DNA from: Macrostomum hystrix
Taxonomy: Eukaryota; Animalia; Platyhelminthes
Direction: 5' to 3'
Assembly: GCA_950097015.1 (NCBI GenBank)
Contig: CATNEN010000007.1
Location: forward strand, 8,370,001 to 8,434,000
DNA: 64,000 nucleotides
Shown here: positions 10,640-24,029 of the stretch, one piece after another
How the letters are laid out: each line of letters begins with the position of its first letter
Numbering within the stretch: the first letter of the stretch is position 1
The notes under the pieces: generated by a model
What the model saw: the letters and a program-made list of their open reading frames with translations, nothing else
Told to the model about the DNA's origin: nothing
Database searches by the model: none
Translations under genes and position numbers: made by a program

Positions 10640-12860
10640 TGAATGTTGGATATGAACAGGAACACGAATGTAAGATATGAACAGGAACACGAATGTAGGA
10701 TATGAACAGGAACACGAATGTAGGATATGAACAGGAACACGAATGTAGGATATGAACAGGAACACGAATGTAGGATATGAACAGGAACACGATTGTAGGA
10801 TATGAACAGGAACACGATTGTAGGATATGAACAGGAACACGAATGTAGGATATGAACAGGAACACGAATGTAGGATATGAACAGGAACACGAGTGTAGGA
10901 TATGAACAGGAACACGAATGTAGGATATGAACAGGAACACGAATGTAGGATATGAACAGGAACACGAATGTAGGATATGAACAGGAACACGAATGTAGGA
11001 TATGAACAGGAACACGAATGTAGGATATGAACAGGAACACGAATGTAGGATATGAACAGGAACACGAATGTAGGATATGAACAGGAACACGAATGTAGGA
11101 TATGAACAGGAACACGAATGTAGGATATGAACAGGAACACGAATGTAGGATATGAACAGGAACACGAATGTAGGATATGAACAGGAACACGAATGTAGGA
11201 TATGAACAGGAACACGAATGTAGGATATGAACAGGAACACGATTGTAGGATATGAACAGGAACACGATTGTAGGAAATGAACAGGAACATGAATGTAGGA
11301 TATGAACAGGAACACGAATGTAGGATATGAACAGGAACACGATTGTAGGATACGAACAGGAACACGATTGTAGGATATGAACAGGAACACGAATGTAGGA
11401 TATGAACAGGAACACGAATGTAGGATATGAACAGGAACACGAATGTAGGATATGAACAGGAACACGAATGTAGGATATGAACAGGAACACGAATGTAGGA
11501 TATGAACAGGAACATGAATTTAGGATATGAACAGGAACACGATTGTAGGATATGAACAGGAACACGAATGTAGGATATGAACAGGAACACGATTGTAGGA
11601 TATGAACAGGAACACGATTGTAGGATATGAACAGGAACACGAATGTAGGATACGAACAGGAACACGAGTGTAGGATATGAACAGGAACACGATTGTAGGA
11701 TATGAACAGGAACACGATTGTAGGATATGAACAGGAACACGAATGTAGGATACGAACAGGAACACGAGTGTAGGATATGAACAGGAACACGAATGTAGGA
11801 TATGAACAGGAACACGATTGTAGGATATGAACAGGAACACGAATGAAGGATATGAACAGGAACACGATTGTAGGATATGAACAGGAACACGAATGTAGGA
11901 TATGAACAGGAACACGAATGAAGGATATGAACAGGAACACGATTGTAGGATATGAACAGGAACACGAATGTAGGATATGAACAGGAACACGAATGAAGGA
12001 TATGAACAGGAACACGATTGTAGGATACGAACAGGAACACGAATGTAGGATATGAACAGGAACACGAATGTAGGATATGAACAGGAACACGAATGTAGGA
12101 TATGAACAGGAACACGAATGTAGGATATGAACAGGAACACGAATGTAGGATATGAACAGGAACACGAATGTAGGATATGAACAGGAACACGAATGTAGGA
12201 TATGAACAGGAACACGAATGTAGGATATGAACAGGAACACGAATGTAGGATATGAACAGGAACACGAATGTAGGATATGAACAGGAACACGAATGTAGGA
12301 TATGAACAAGAACACGAATGTAGGATATGAACAGGAACACGAATGTAGGATATGAACAGGAACACGAATGTAGGATATGAACAGGAACACGAATGTAGGA
12401 TATGAACAGGAACACGAATGTAGGATATGAACAGGAACACGAATGTAGGATATGAACAGGAACACGAATGTAGGATATGAACAGGAACACGAATGTAGGA
12501 TATGAACAGGAACACGAATGTAGGATATGAACAGGAACACGAATGTAGGATATGAACAGGAACACGAATGTAGGATATGAACAGGAACATGAATGTAGGA
12601 TATGAACAGGAACACGAATGTAGGATATGAACAGGAACACGAATGTAGGATATGAACAGGAACACGAATGTAGGATATGAACAGGAACACGAATGTAGGA
12701 TATGAACAGGAACATGAATGTAGGATATGAACAGGAACACGAATGTAGGATATGAACAGGAACACGAATGTAGGATATGAACAGGAACACGAATGTAGGA
12801 TATGAACAGGAACACGAATGTAGGATATGAACAGGAACGCGAATGTAGGATATGAACAGG
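10640..12860. repeat. 25-bp minisatellite GAATGTAGGATATGAACAGGAACAC, ~89 copies
   Basis: Near-perfect array; it produces the 750-aa periodic ORFs. Confidence 0.98.
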
Positions 12861-14155
12861 ATGAGAAAGAATATGAATTTGAGCATAAACACGAGCTGGT
12901 GGTATAACGAATCTTAAGATGAAGTTAGTTTGCAACTCAATTGTGGTTACTGGGCGTGCCGTGTCTGAAAGAAGCGCCGAGGCAGAGTCCTATGGAACCG
13001 GGGCAGGCCTCACAAACACTGTCTATTTCTCTTGACCAGTAGCATAGCGCACTCGGCACCGCTTGCGAGGCCGAACCTGATCCCCCTGTCGTTGGGCTTT
13101 GCTTGGCGAATGAGCAGCAGCTCCATCCACCAGAGCGGCAGCAGCTCCTGGAACTGCACCGACACCGGCAACTGTGCGCAGTCGCCGAGCTGCACCCGTG
13201 TCTTCCAACAGACTTTTGACTGCAAGTCTAAAAAAACTACAGAAATGTCTTGGTGCCGCCAGACCTTTGGTAGGTGACCCGGGCATTGCGATCAAGCACA
13301 ACAAGCAGGTGAAATCCAAGCTTGTGGAACCAGCGAAGGCTCTTGCGATTGGCCATGTAGGGGTTGCAGCCGACGCAGCGGTTGAATAGTTAGCTTTACG
13401 ATCCATTTGAGTTGTAGCTGGTTCCAGAATCAATATAATAAAATAAAAGTTATTAGTACGAGCTAAAATATCAAAGTTCGTTATTTTCTGCAGCTCCCGG
13501 CGTGAAAGGGTGTGAAAAAAAACAAAAATTATTTTGTGTCCGAGTTTGACCCGATTTCGGGCCAAGCTGTCGGAGTAGTATGCAAGAGGATCTGGGACAA
13601 TCATTTACGCAGTCTCCATATAGCACTGAACAGGACCCGATACTCTCAATTGAGTAGGATTGCGTCACTGCTTTTAGCACCCGTACGTGCGTTTATATAT
13701 TTGTCTCTTGGATGATTGAGTGATTTGATTTTAATAAGTAAAACGTACATAGCAGATTTCAATGATTGGGCTTTTATGATGCTCAACGCTAGCGAGACCT
13801 CTCCTCCTGCTTTCTATCCATAAAACTGCAGCCTTTATATTGTCAAACCTTGTCTCGACTTCGATCATTGTGCCGCTTACTTTTCATCTAGCTCCGAAGT
13901 AAACTACTTTTATGCTTTTGTAGAATGCCGGTCGAATTTCAGCATCAGTTTTGTTACTGCTTCTCTTTCTTCTACTGAAGTATCATCAACAGTTAGAAGC
14001 GTAACTTCGTGTAGATTATTTTCTATTAGGCATTTTTGGGTTCGAGTATAAATAGTAAGCACCTTTGATTAGCTATTGTCGAAGCAAACATTTTTAGCTC
14101 TATTTTTACTACTCTCGCTGTGAGAAAATAATATAAGTTTTTCGAGTGTAGCACG

Positions 14156-16530
14156 TGTCCTACAGTTTTCTAAATGTGTCCTACAGTTTTCTAAATGTGT
14201 CCTACAGTTTTCTAAATGTGTCCTACAGTTTTCTAAATGTGTCCTACAGTTTTCTAAATGTGTCCTACAGTTTTCTAAATGTGTCCTACAGTTTTCTAAA
14301 TGTGTCCTACAGTTTTCTAAATGTGTCCTAAAGTTTTCTAAATGTGTCATACAGTTTTCTAAATGTGTCCTACAGTTTTCTAAATGTGTCCTACAGTTTT
14401 CTAAATGTGTCCTACAGTTTTCTAAATGTGTCCTACAGTTTTCTAAATGTGTCCTACAGTTTTCTAAATGTGTCCTACAGTTTTCTAAATGTGTCCTACA
14501 GTTTTCTAAATGTGTCCTACAGTTTTCTAAATGTGTCCTACAGTTTTCTAAATGTGTCCTACAGTTTTCTAAATGTGTCCTACAGTTTTCTAAATGTGTC
14601 CTACAGTTTTCTAAATGTGTCCTACAGTTTTCTAAATGTGTCCTACAGTTTTCTAAATGTGTCCTAAAGTTTTCTAAATGTGTCCTACAGTTTTCTAAAT
14701 GTGTCCTACAGTTTTCTAAATGTGTCCTACAGTTTTCTAGATGTGTCCTACAGTTTTCTAAATGTGTCCTACAGTTTTCTAAATGTGTCCTACAGTTTTC
14801 TAAATGTGTCCTACAGTTTTCTAAATGTGTCCTACAGTTTTCTAAATGTGTCCTACAGTTTTCTAAATGTGTCCTACAGTTTTCTAAATGTGTCCTACAG
14901 TTTTCTAAATGTGTCCTAGAGTTTTCTAAATGTGTCCTACAGTTTTCTAAATGTGTCGTACAGTTTTCTAAATGTGTCGTACAGTTTTCTAAATGTGTCG
15001 TACAGTTTTCTAAATGTGTCGTACAGTTTTCTAAATGTGTCCTACAGTTTTCTAAATGTGTCCTACAGTTTTCTAAATGTGTCCTACAGTTTTCTAAATG
15101 TGTCGTACAGTTTTCTAAATGTGTCGTACAGTTTTCTAAATGTGTCGTACAGTTTTCTAAATGTGTCCTACAGTTTTCTAAATGTGTCCTACAGTTTTCT
15201 AAATGTGTCCTACAGTTTTCTAAATGTGTCCTACAGTTTTCTGAATGTGTCCTACAGTTTTCTAAATGTGTCCTACAGTTTTCTAAATGTGTCCTACAGT
15301 TTTCTGAATGTGTCCTACAGTTTTCTAAATGTGTCCTACAGTTTTCTAAATGTGTCCTACAGTTTTCTGAATGTGTCCTACAGTTTTCTAAATGTGTCCT
15401 ACAGTTTTCTAAATGTGTCGTACAGTTTTCTAAATGTGTCCTACAGTTTTCTAAATGTGTCCTACAGTTTTCTAAATGTGTCCTACAGTTTTCTAAATGT
15501 GTCCTACAGTTTTCTAAATGTGTCCTACAGTTTTCTAAATGTGTCCTACAGTTTTCTAAATGTGTCCTACAGTTTTCTAAATGTGTCCTACAGTTTTCTA
15601 AATGTGTCCTACAGTTTTCTAAATGTGTCGTACAGTTTTCTAAATGTGTCGTACAGTTTTCTAAATGTGTCCTACAGTTTTCTAAATGTGTCGTACAGTT
15701 TTCTAAATGTGTCCTACAGTTTTCTAAATGTGTCGTACAGTTTTCTAAATGTGTCCTACAGTTTTCTAAATGTGTCCTACAGTTTTCTAAATGTGTCGTA
15801 CAGTTTTCTAAATGTGTCCTACAGTTTTCTAAATGTGTCGTACAGTTTTCTAAATGTGTCCTACAGTTTTCTAAATGTGTCCTACAGTTTTCTAAATGTG
15901 TCCTACAGTTTTCTAAATGTGTCCTACAGTTTTCTAAATGTGTCCTACAGTTTTCTAAATGTGTCGTACAGTTTTCTAAATGTGTCCTACAGTTTTCTAA
16001 ATGTGTCGTACAGTTTTCTAAATGTGTCGTACAGTTTTCTAAATGTGTCGTACAATTTTCTAAATGTGTCGTACAGTTTTCTAAATGTGTCCTACAGTTT
16101 TCTAAATGTGTCCTACAGTTTTCTAAATGTGTCGTACAGTTTTCTAAATGTGTCCTACAGTTTTCTAAATGTGTCGTACAGTTTTCTAAATGTGTCGTAC
16201 AGTTTTCTAAATGTGTCGTACAGTTTTCTAAATGTGTCGTACAGTTTTCTAAATGTGTCCTACAGTTTTCTAAATGTGTCCTACAGTTTTCTAAATGTGT
16301 CCTACAGTTTTCTAAATGTGTCCTACAGTTTTCTAAATGTGTCCTACAGTTTTCTAAATGTGTCGTACAGTTTTCTAAATGTGTCCTACAGTTTTCTAAA
16401 TGTGTCGTACAGTTTTCTAAATGTGTCCTACAGTTTTCTAAATGTGTCGTACAGTTTTCTAAATGTGTCCTACAGTTTTCTAAATGTGTCCTACAGTTTT
16501 CTAAATGTGTCCTACGGTTTTCTAAACGTG
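14156..16530. repeat. 21-bp minisatellite GTGTC(C/G)TACAGTTTTCTAAAT, ~110 copies
   Basis: Near-perfect array; the VSYSFLN ORFs are artefacts. Confidence 0.98.
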
Positions 16531-16679
16531 TCCAACAGTTACCACTGTATTAAACGCGTCTAAAAGTTTTTTATGTGTTGAACAGTGTATAAAGGAGTCT
16601 AACAGTTTTCTAAGGAGTCTAGCAGTGAAGGGCATTGGTTGCCTGCTGGGAGGGGGGAGTTGAGTTTCTGCTAAATAAG

Positions 16680-17270
16680 GAAGGACGGAGAGGAGCGGAC
16701 TGAAGGATGGAGAGGAGCGGACTGAAGGACGGAGAGGAGCGGGCCTGAAGGATGGAGAGGAGCGGGCTGAAGGACGGAGAGGAGCGGACTGAAGGACGGA
16801 GAGAAGCGGGCCTGAAGGACGGAGAGGAGCGGACTGAAGGACGGAGAGAAGCGGACTGAAGGACGGAGAGGAGCGGACTGAAGGATGGAGAGGAGCGGAC
16901 TGAAGGACGGAGAGGAGCGGGCCTGAAGGATGGAGAGGAGCGGACTGAAGGACGGAGAGGAGCGGACTGAAGGACGGAGAGGAGCGGGCCTGAAGGATGG
17001 AGAGAAGCGGGCCTGAAGGACGGAGAGGAGCGGACTGAAGGACGGAGAGGAGCGGACTGAAGGACGGAGAGGAGCGGACTGAAGGATGGAGAGGAGCGGA
17101 CTGAAGGATGGAGAGGAGCGGACTGAAGGACGGAGAGGAGCGGACTGAAGGATGGAGAGGAGCGGACTGAAGGATGGAGAGGAGCGGACTGAAGGACGGA
17201 GAGGAGCGGACTGAAGGATGGAGAGGAGCGGACTGAAGGACGGAGAGGAGCGGACTGAAGGATGGAGAGG
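16680..17270. repeat. 22/23-bp purine-rich minisatellite GAAGGA(C/T)GGAGAGGAGCGGACT
   Basis: Directly visible. Confidence 0.95.
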
Positions 17271-17878
17271 TCTGTTGAGGCGTAAAAAACAGCAGTGTAA
17301 AAAATGAGGACTATTAAATTCTAGCTTATAGACAATTAGCCTCTTCTAACTAGTACGCCAACAAAGCTGGAGGGCCATGCAGCGGTCCAGGTTTCTATCA
17401 GTTTATTTAAATAATTTTCCACATAAAAGCTGAACTTTATCCGATGGACCAGTTACTCCAGGGCGCATCTGATGCCAAACAACAAAAAAACTCGGCTAGG
17501 CTGCAGAAGAGGACTAATCAAAGCTGTGAAGGAGAACTCTAGTTGCAGCTGATCAAAAAAAGTTGTACAAAATAAGCTATGCCTAAGCAGAATTTTCTTC
17601 AACAAAGAGAACACCAATAATTTCTAGCCTAATAACTAGAGAGATTAAAAGCGATTAAGTAGAGATTAATCAGACTACAGAAGATGGCATTTGTTACTGC
17701 CATGGCCACACAGGGCGGATAAGCACTGGGGATTAAATAAGTAACAACATGCACCTAGCTAAGCACAGGCAGATGGGGGTAGCTCACTGGTGTGATTCAG
17801 TTAGGAGAGAGACCGCACAGACACTACACTAAGGTGTTACTGTTCGGCCTTTATAAAATATTTCACTGTCGAGTGAGC

Positions 17879-18760
17879 TCACTTGTCGCAGGCGGCCCTG
17901 ATCATGCGACCGCTCAGGATCAGGGTGTTGAGCAGCAGAGTGAACAGGCCGATGTAGCCGAACGCTCCGCGCATGCGCTTCTTCGGATCGCCAGTTGAAT
18001 AGCCCTGGGCGTACACAATGCGACCGGCCAGGTAGATGGCACCGCAGGCGGCGGCGCACCTGATTGGGTAGGCAGTGAAGCTGGATTGTATAAACTCATG
18101 CAAAATGACTGCTAAATTTCGCTAAATAGATGGCGAGGCATATACAAATAAAAAGATTGCTATTGCCCGCAATTTCAACAATTTTAATTGTTAACTTTTT
18201 CATGTTTAAGAAAAAAATTGTTTAAGATTGGGTAAGATATGCAACCGAGGGCACAGCCGCAGCTATTGCGTGGCGCATCTGAAGGCTGCGTACGGCTATT
18301 CAGTCCACGGACTGGTAGGACGCCACACCCGCCCTCAATTACCCCAACTAATTCTGGTACGCATTTAACAGCTGGGTGAACTGAAGCAATGCAGTTTAGT
18401 GTCTCTCTAAAAAAACAAAGTGAGTCTGACGCTCTAACCACTAGGCAACAAGCCCCTAATCACCGCAACAACACACCTGGGAGCCTGCAGACCTCCGAAG
18501 ATCAGCATGAAGTAGAAGAATGGCATGGACTCCAGGTAGTTCTGGTGCGAGCGCTGCACGCAGTTAAACTGCTTGCTGTCCTGGCTGTACATGTCCGGAT
18601 ATTCGACCTTGAACTGCTTGCGGGCCTGCATGACGCGGCTAGCCAGGTAATAATTGACGAAGAAGCCGCCAGTGCCAGTAAGCACCACCCAGCCGTAGTG
18701 GCGCGGCAGGCCCTGCTGCAGATGCGGGTTCACAGTATTGATGGCATTCATGAGATGCAT
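17879..18760 (-). CDS. MGST3: Microsomal glutathione S-transferase 3-like (MAPEG family), 2 exons, ~154 aa
   Basis: Model join(18760..18477, 18059..17879), phase 2, AG|GTGTGT...aatcag|G. MAPEG/MGST3 motifs: ARKQFKVEYPDMY, FNCVQRSHQNYLE, GRIVYAQGYSTGDPKKRMRG. Confidence 0.92.
18250..18457 (-). mobile_element. CORE-like tRNA-derived SINE (family A), partial, in the MGST3 intron
   Basis: Aligns by eye with 33678-33927 (CACAGCCGCAGCTATTGCGTGG...GAACTGAAGCAATGCAG...GACGCTCTAACCACTAGGC). Confidence 0.8.
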
Positions 18761-18904
18761 GGCTGCTGCTGATGCTGATGCTTTAGAGCTGCGGGTTGAT
18801 ACGAAAAATGTAAATCTTGCTTGTTTACAATCGACTATCTCCCGAACGGCTCAACTGATTTTCTTCATTTCTTCGCCAAAAGATGGCCGGAATCGTTACA
18901 CGTA

Positions 18905-19255
18905 ATTCTAGCTACGGATCCTGCTGCGATACTATCAACAGATCCTGCTGCGATTCTAGCTAGGGATCATGCTGCGATTCTATCTACGGATCCTGCTGCG
19001 ATTCCAGCTAGGGATCCTGCTGCGATTCTAGCTAGGGATCATGCTGCGATTCTATCTACGGATCCTGCTGCGATTCCAGCTAGGGATCCTGCTGCGATTC
19101 TAGCTACGGATCCTGTTAACATTCTAGCTAGGGATCATGCTGCGATTCCAGCTATGGGCCTGCTGGCTGCTGCGATTCCAGCTATGGAGCCTGCTGCGAT
19201 TCTAGCTACGGATCCTGCTGCGATTCCAGCTACGGATCCTGTTAACATTCTAGCC
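18905..19255. repeat. Degenerate 24-bp minisatellite (GGATCCTGCTGCGATTCTAGCTAC) upstream of MGST3
   Basis: Tandem degenerate copies. Confidence 0.85.
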
Positions 19256-19702
19256 TATTAAGCCTATTAAGATTCTCTAATCAGTTTTCTGTAAAATTTT
19301 AGCAAAATCGCTACTGCGATTTGGACTATGTATTCTGATTTGATACTGGCTATGCATAAGTTTCTGTACTTCTTATCACGAAATTATTTTGTGTTCGCTA
19401 TATAAAAACGACAACCAAAACGGTGCTTGAATGGACCTTAAAGCTTGAAAGGTGATGTTGTACAAACAAATCTAAATTTATTAACAGAGCAACTTTATTA
19501 ATTATAACGAGTATTGAAGCGGTAGTTTATGTAATGTTATGAAATAAATAGTTTAAAGCTCCTTGTACATTGCGGAGATGAAAATGGACGATTGCAGCTA
19601 AAAAACTTATTAGCAAGGACCGGAAGACAATCACAAAGCTTAGCTATTTATTAATTCGAACGCAAATGCACCAAAAGACAAATCTACGTGTGGTCCGGCT
19701 TG

Positions 19703-21901
19703 TCACTCAGTCTCTTGCCGCTTTTTATTCTTTTTCTTCTGCTTTTTGTCTCGAGCCTCGCAGCTGCCGTCAGCCCGAGGAGGCTGATCTGGCTTCAGCC
19801 GCTTCTTCTGCATCTTTCGCTTTCTGTCGCCGACATCGGCAGACGCACCAGCAGCGGAGGCGGATGCGGCAGCGAGATCTGGTGGGCGTCGCTGCGGGTC
19901 TGACAGTAGCTTTAGCCTCTTTTTCATGGCCCGGGCGTCCACAGTGCCAACATCCCCAGCCTCGTTTTCGCCGCTGGAGTCCAAATCAACTCGCACTGCG
20001 GCTGGGAAAGTTGCATTGGAGAACATTTGGCTAGAAATAGTCCAGCTAGGATCCTTCACCTGGTAGGAAGGATCCCGCCCCAGCCTTCCCTGGTATTAGA
20101 TAGGATTCTGCCCCCAGCCTTCCCACAGTCTCAGATGAGATTCTGCCCCCAGCCTTCCCACAGTCTCAGATGAGATTCTGCCCCCAGCCTTCCCACAGTC
20201 TCAGATGAGATTCTGCCCCCAGACTTCCCACAGTCTCAGATGAGATTCTGCCCCCGAAATTTCTAGATCCCAGCTCACCAAGCGCAGCTTGAACATTCTC
20301 ATTAAGATTTTCATCGTGGGCTGCGGGATCCTCAGCCTCTTCTTCGGCTAGGAGCAGCAGGCGGCGCAGGTCGGCCGGCTGCACGGACTGCCAGGAGGAG
20401 TGCGGAGGTCGGTCCTCGATGACGCAGGCAGTCATGGCGGCCAGGCGGAGCAAAAGTTCGCGCGTCGACGCCGCGATGCCAGGCATCCGGGCGTAACCAA
20501 CGAGCTGGCGCAGCAGCAGGCCATAGTTGACGCAGTGCACCAGAAAGCGGTAGTCGGTTAGGATGACAGCGGCGTCTCTGCAAGCCAGCCTGGCCGGGTG
20601 ACAGCTGGCCAGTTTGGATCTGACCACGGACAGCGGATAGTACTGGCAGTAGTAGTGCTCGAACACGCTGTCGACTGTGTGGCGAGAGAGCGGCGATTCA
20701 GCTGGCAGGCCGGCCAGCACGCGGACGAAGAGGTCGGCGAAGCCCGGGTGAAGCTGCCGGATGTAGGCGAAGCGGCCAACGTACTCGTGCAGCAGAGTGA
20801 CGAGGAGGCAGCGAAATTCCAGCGCGAGTTCGCTACGATATCGGTAGAAAAGGAGGGATGAAATGAGGCCTTCTAAATACGAAGTTACGGAGTTAGAATC
20901 CGCAGCATATTTCGCACAGCACTGGCTCGTATTTTCCTCATGGGGATGGTGGACTACAGCTAATTAAAAATTACTAATCGAGGGAGCTTGTATTAAAGTG
21001 GTTAGAGCTTCGGACTTAGGACAGAGAGGTCCGGGAGTTCGCATCTCATCGGATTAGGGAGACAATTTTTGTACTGAACTATAATAAAACTTCCTATTAG
21101 CTCGTACTTCAGTTCATTAAGCTGTAAAATAGGTACCAGCTTTAGCTAGGGTAGAAATTCAAGTGGCGGCCTCTCCAGATCACGGACTGAACAGCAGCTG
21201 TACGCAACGATTGCGCCGCGCAATAGCTGCAGTTTAAGCAATAGTTTAGATTTGAGGAATTTTGTAACTACGGGACTATAACAGTTGGCATCAACAGAAA
21301 CAATGTCAACTCACCTCGCCTCACTAAAGTCCGGCACCTCAGCGGGCCGGCCCAGTAGCAGGCTGTGAATCCAGAAGTCACCAAGGCGGTTAACTCGCCT
21401 AGCGAATATCAACGCGCTGGAGTCGCCGCGCTCCGCTTCGTTTTGACGCCTACGGCGTCTTTGGCGACGCCTGACGCAGCAGCAGCAGCAGATCCAGTGC
21501 AGGCTGCAGCGCACCGTCAGCTCTAGCAGCTGGCTGCAGCGCTCGCGCCAGATGCAGTCGCCGCCGCTGTCCGGCTGTCTCAGCCAGGCTGCCGCCAGCT
21601 GATTGAAGCCGGCGCGGAGAAACTGAAACTGCCGCTTGCCAGAGTTCTCGGAGAGTCGCTCGATCGACTCGGCGGCCAGGGAGAGCGCCTGCTTCCGCTG
21701 AAGGGCCGCGTGAGGCGGCAACTCGGCGAAGGCGGCGATGAAGCCAGACCAGACGGAGCCCAGCTCGCTATCGGATGGCCGAGGCGCTGACGGCTCAGAG
21801 AGGCCGCCAAGCCGCCTTTGGCAGTCGGTCAGGGCGTTTAAATGCGATTCGAGTGACTGCAATTCCAAATGGAAGTTTGTGCGACTGGAGCATAGAGCAT
21901 C
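19703..21901 (-). CDS. Highly diverged Nop52/RRP1-like protein with Lys-rich C-terminal tail (5' exon not located)
   Basis: Exons ~21901..21325, ~20872..20279 and 20001..19703. The last junction G|GTGAGC...tttcccag|CC is in phase; the first donor is uncertain. Manual alignment to the RRP1 family: ELGSVWSGF (cf. ELLKVWKGL), RQFQFLRAGFNQLAAAW (cf. neighbour KLNFIRALFETEAREW), VNYGLLLRQLVGYARMPGIAASTRELL (cf. neighbour IDMDELCQCLLAMGSDPSLKSPNRKRL). Ends KKQKKKNKKRQETE. Confidence 0.65.
20085..20255. repeat. 35-bp intronic tandem repeat GATTCTGCCCCCAGCCTTCCCACAGTCTCAGATGA
   Basis: About 4-5 copies inside intron 20278-20002. Confidence 0.9.
20985..21235 (+). mobile_element. CORE-like SINE (family A), diverged, intronic
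   Basis: tRNA-like head AGTGGTTAGAGCTTCGGACT...GGAGTTCGCATCTC, then CTTCAGTTCATTAAGCTGTAAAATAGGTACCAGC and GCGCAATAGCTGC, shared with other family A copies. Confidence 0.72.
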
Positions 21902-21929
21902 CTGTGGAGGGTGGAGTACTACTGGAAAA

Positions 21930-22270
21930 CCGAAAGGGGGATTCCTACAAGTAATGCTCGCAATGAAATCCCAGGTGCAGACCAAGGAGGGAAATCCCAC
22001 AAGTAAAGATCATTATGAAAATCTCAGGGGAAAACCAAGGAGGGAAATCCCACAAGTAAAGATCCTTGTGAAAATCCGAGGGGAAACCAAGGAGGGAAAC
22101 CCCACAAGTAAAGATTCTTGCGAAAATCCAAGGGGAAAACCAAGGAGGGAAATCCCACAAGTAAAGATCCTTGTGAAAATCCAAGGGGAAAACCAAGGAG
22201 GGAAATCCCAGAAGTAAAGATCCTTGTGAAAATCCCAGGGGAAAACCTGGATTGGGAAATCTACAAGTAA
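21930..22270. repeat. ~53-bp tandem repeat (AAAACCAAGGAGGGAAATCCCACAAGTAAAGATCCTTGTGAAAATCC...)
   Basis: About 5-6 copies, degrading to the right. Confidence 0.85.
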
Positions 22271-23681
22271 TGCACACAGTGAAAATCCTTTGGGATAACC
22301 TAGTAGGGGATGCCTACACGTGAATCTTCGAGGGAAACTCCAATGGCAAAATCTAGATAGGGAAATTCTCGAACGGAAGCTTAGAAGGAAAATCCCATTG
22401 GCAAACCTGGGAGGGGATTCCTCCGAGGAAAAAACTCGAGAAGGGAATCTTGTAGGAAAACGTGACAATCAAAATCCCGTTAAAAAAATTAAAGCGAAAT
22501 CCTGTTGACCGCCCAGGGAGTCATGCGGGAAATTTTTTGCACGAAATCTCGTTGGTAAACTCGAAAAAAATGAGAGGCAAATGCAAAGGCTCAGTAATAT
22601 TTAATTCCAGCACGCGCCCAAGTTATATTTAAAGCAGCATTCTCTGAAAGATTTTACAGAACCAGATAGAGCATAAAAGACCAATGGGCAGCTAGCCTAG
22701 GATGCGGAAATAAGCAACACACAAATTGGCTACCGAATGCACCCCAGTCATCCGGGTGCCACATTCAAATTCAAAGGCTTGAATTAAATTAATTCGTCAG
22801 CAGTTAACAAATCAATTGAAATATCGATCAAATATCCTACTGTACTGTCTTAGCTGGAGGAGAAATACAATGCAATAACGGCACATCTACCGGGGATGAC
22901 AGGAACACTTGATTGTAGAATAAGTTAAGTTTAAGTTAATTTAACGATTTCGCACTAGATAGATTTTATTTAATTAAAACAAGCTTTGCCTGTGCACATA
23001 AATTAGGCAGCTAAAACATGAAATATTAAAAACATAGCCAATCCAGAAAATATTACTGTCGAGTTTCTTACTTTTAAATCGGAAATTCACAAATAGCATT
23101 ATTGGTGCCGCGATATTAGACTAATAAAATGTAGAATAAAAAGGTTATGGCATTCAGAAAGGCAATATGAGGCTCCCTTTGTAAGACTCCTGAAGGTATT
23201 ATTTTATGTGCCCCACAAAGAATTCTCTCGCGCAGTTCTCTCGCGTTCCCTCAAACTCTATGGCCTAACTATATGTACTCAATTGTATTTTAGTTTTCGG
23301 GCCTTATTCATTCGAGCATTAAAAAGTTTATTCTTGTGACTGGGGGGCATTAATTCAATTCGACTTCTACTGGTCATGGGAAACAATACAGAAAATAAAC
23401 CAGCAGGAAAGAACAGAATGCATGCCAATGGAGAGGGGAACAACACAAACGCAAGGACGCGCCACAATGGCTTTAAATGCCAATAGTTAGATAATGCCAG
23501 TATGAGCTCAGGGAAGAAGACAAAGGGAACAATTCAGCATAGCAGACAAGTAATCATTTAGAACACGACTCGCCCTATTAGTATTTAGAAGATGGAAGGA
23601 AGAACCATAAAGGGCCTCTAAAAACGCAGAATCTGTATTTCCTTATGCCTTAATGCCTTAGCAAAACCTTCTAGCGTGTAG

Positions 23682-23850
23682 GGAGACTACAGAAGTGGTT
23701 AGAGCTTTAGACTTGGGATCGAGAGGTCGGGAGTTCGAATTTCAGCCCAGGAAAGCTATTGGTGTTGCTGAGCAAGACACTTAATTCCGCAGTGCTTCAG
23801 TTTTACACTGCCGTAAAATGGGTCCGGCATTAGCTGGAGTAGAAATATGG
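23682..23850 (+). mobile_element. CORE-like SINE (family A)
   Basis: A-box AGTGGTTAGAGC and B-box GTTCGAATTTC, followed by GCTGAGCAAGACACTTAATTCCGCAGTGCTTCAGTTTTACACTGCCGTAAAATGGG, which resembles the CORE/MIR central domain. Confidence 0.75.
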
Positions 23851-24029
23851 GTAGGTTCATCTGCAGCTGTGCCACTGACTGTACGTCTGGCCCTACTGGG
23901 TTAGGTGTAATTTCTATCCATATATTTGAGTCTGAGCCCTCTAGTTTGTGCAAATGGCTTAGACTCCAGTGCAGATTCTGTGTTTAGACGTCCTTTCTCG
24001 CCGAATGTTACACTAAGGCTAAGCAATTA

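Noticed and set aside
10504-12935. 750-aa minus-strand ORFs
   Set aside because: A 25-bp satellite lacking stops on one strand; the same peptide appears in all three frames.
14344-16563. (VSYSFLN)n ORFs up to 543 aa
   Set aside because: A 21-bp satellite with sporadic stops and no gene context.
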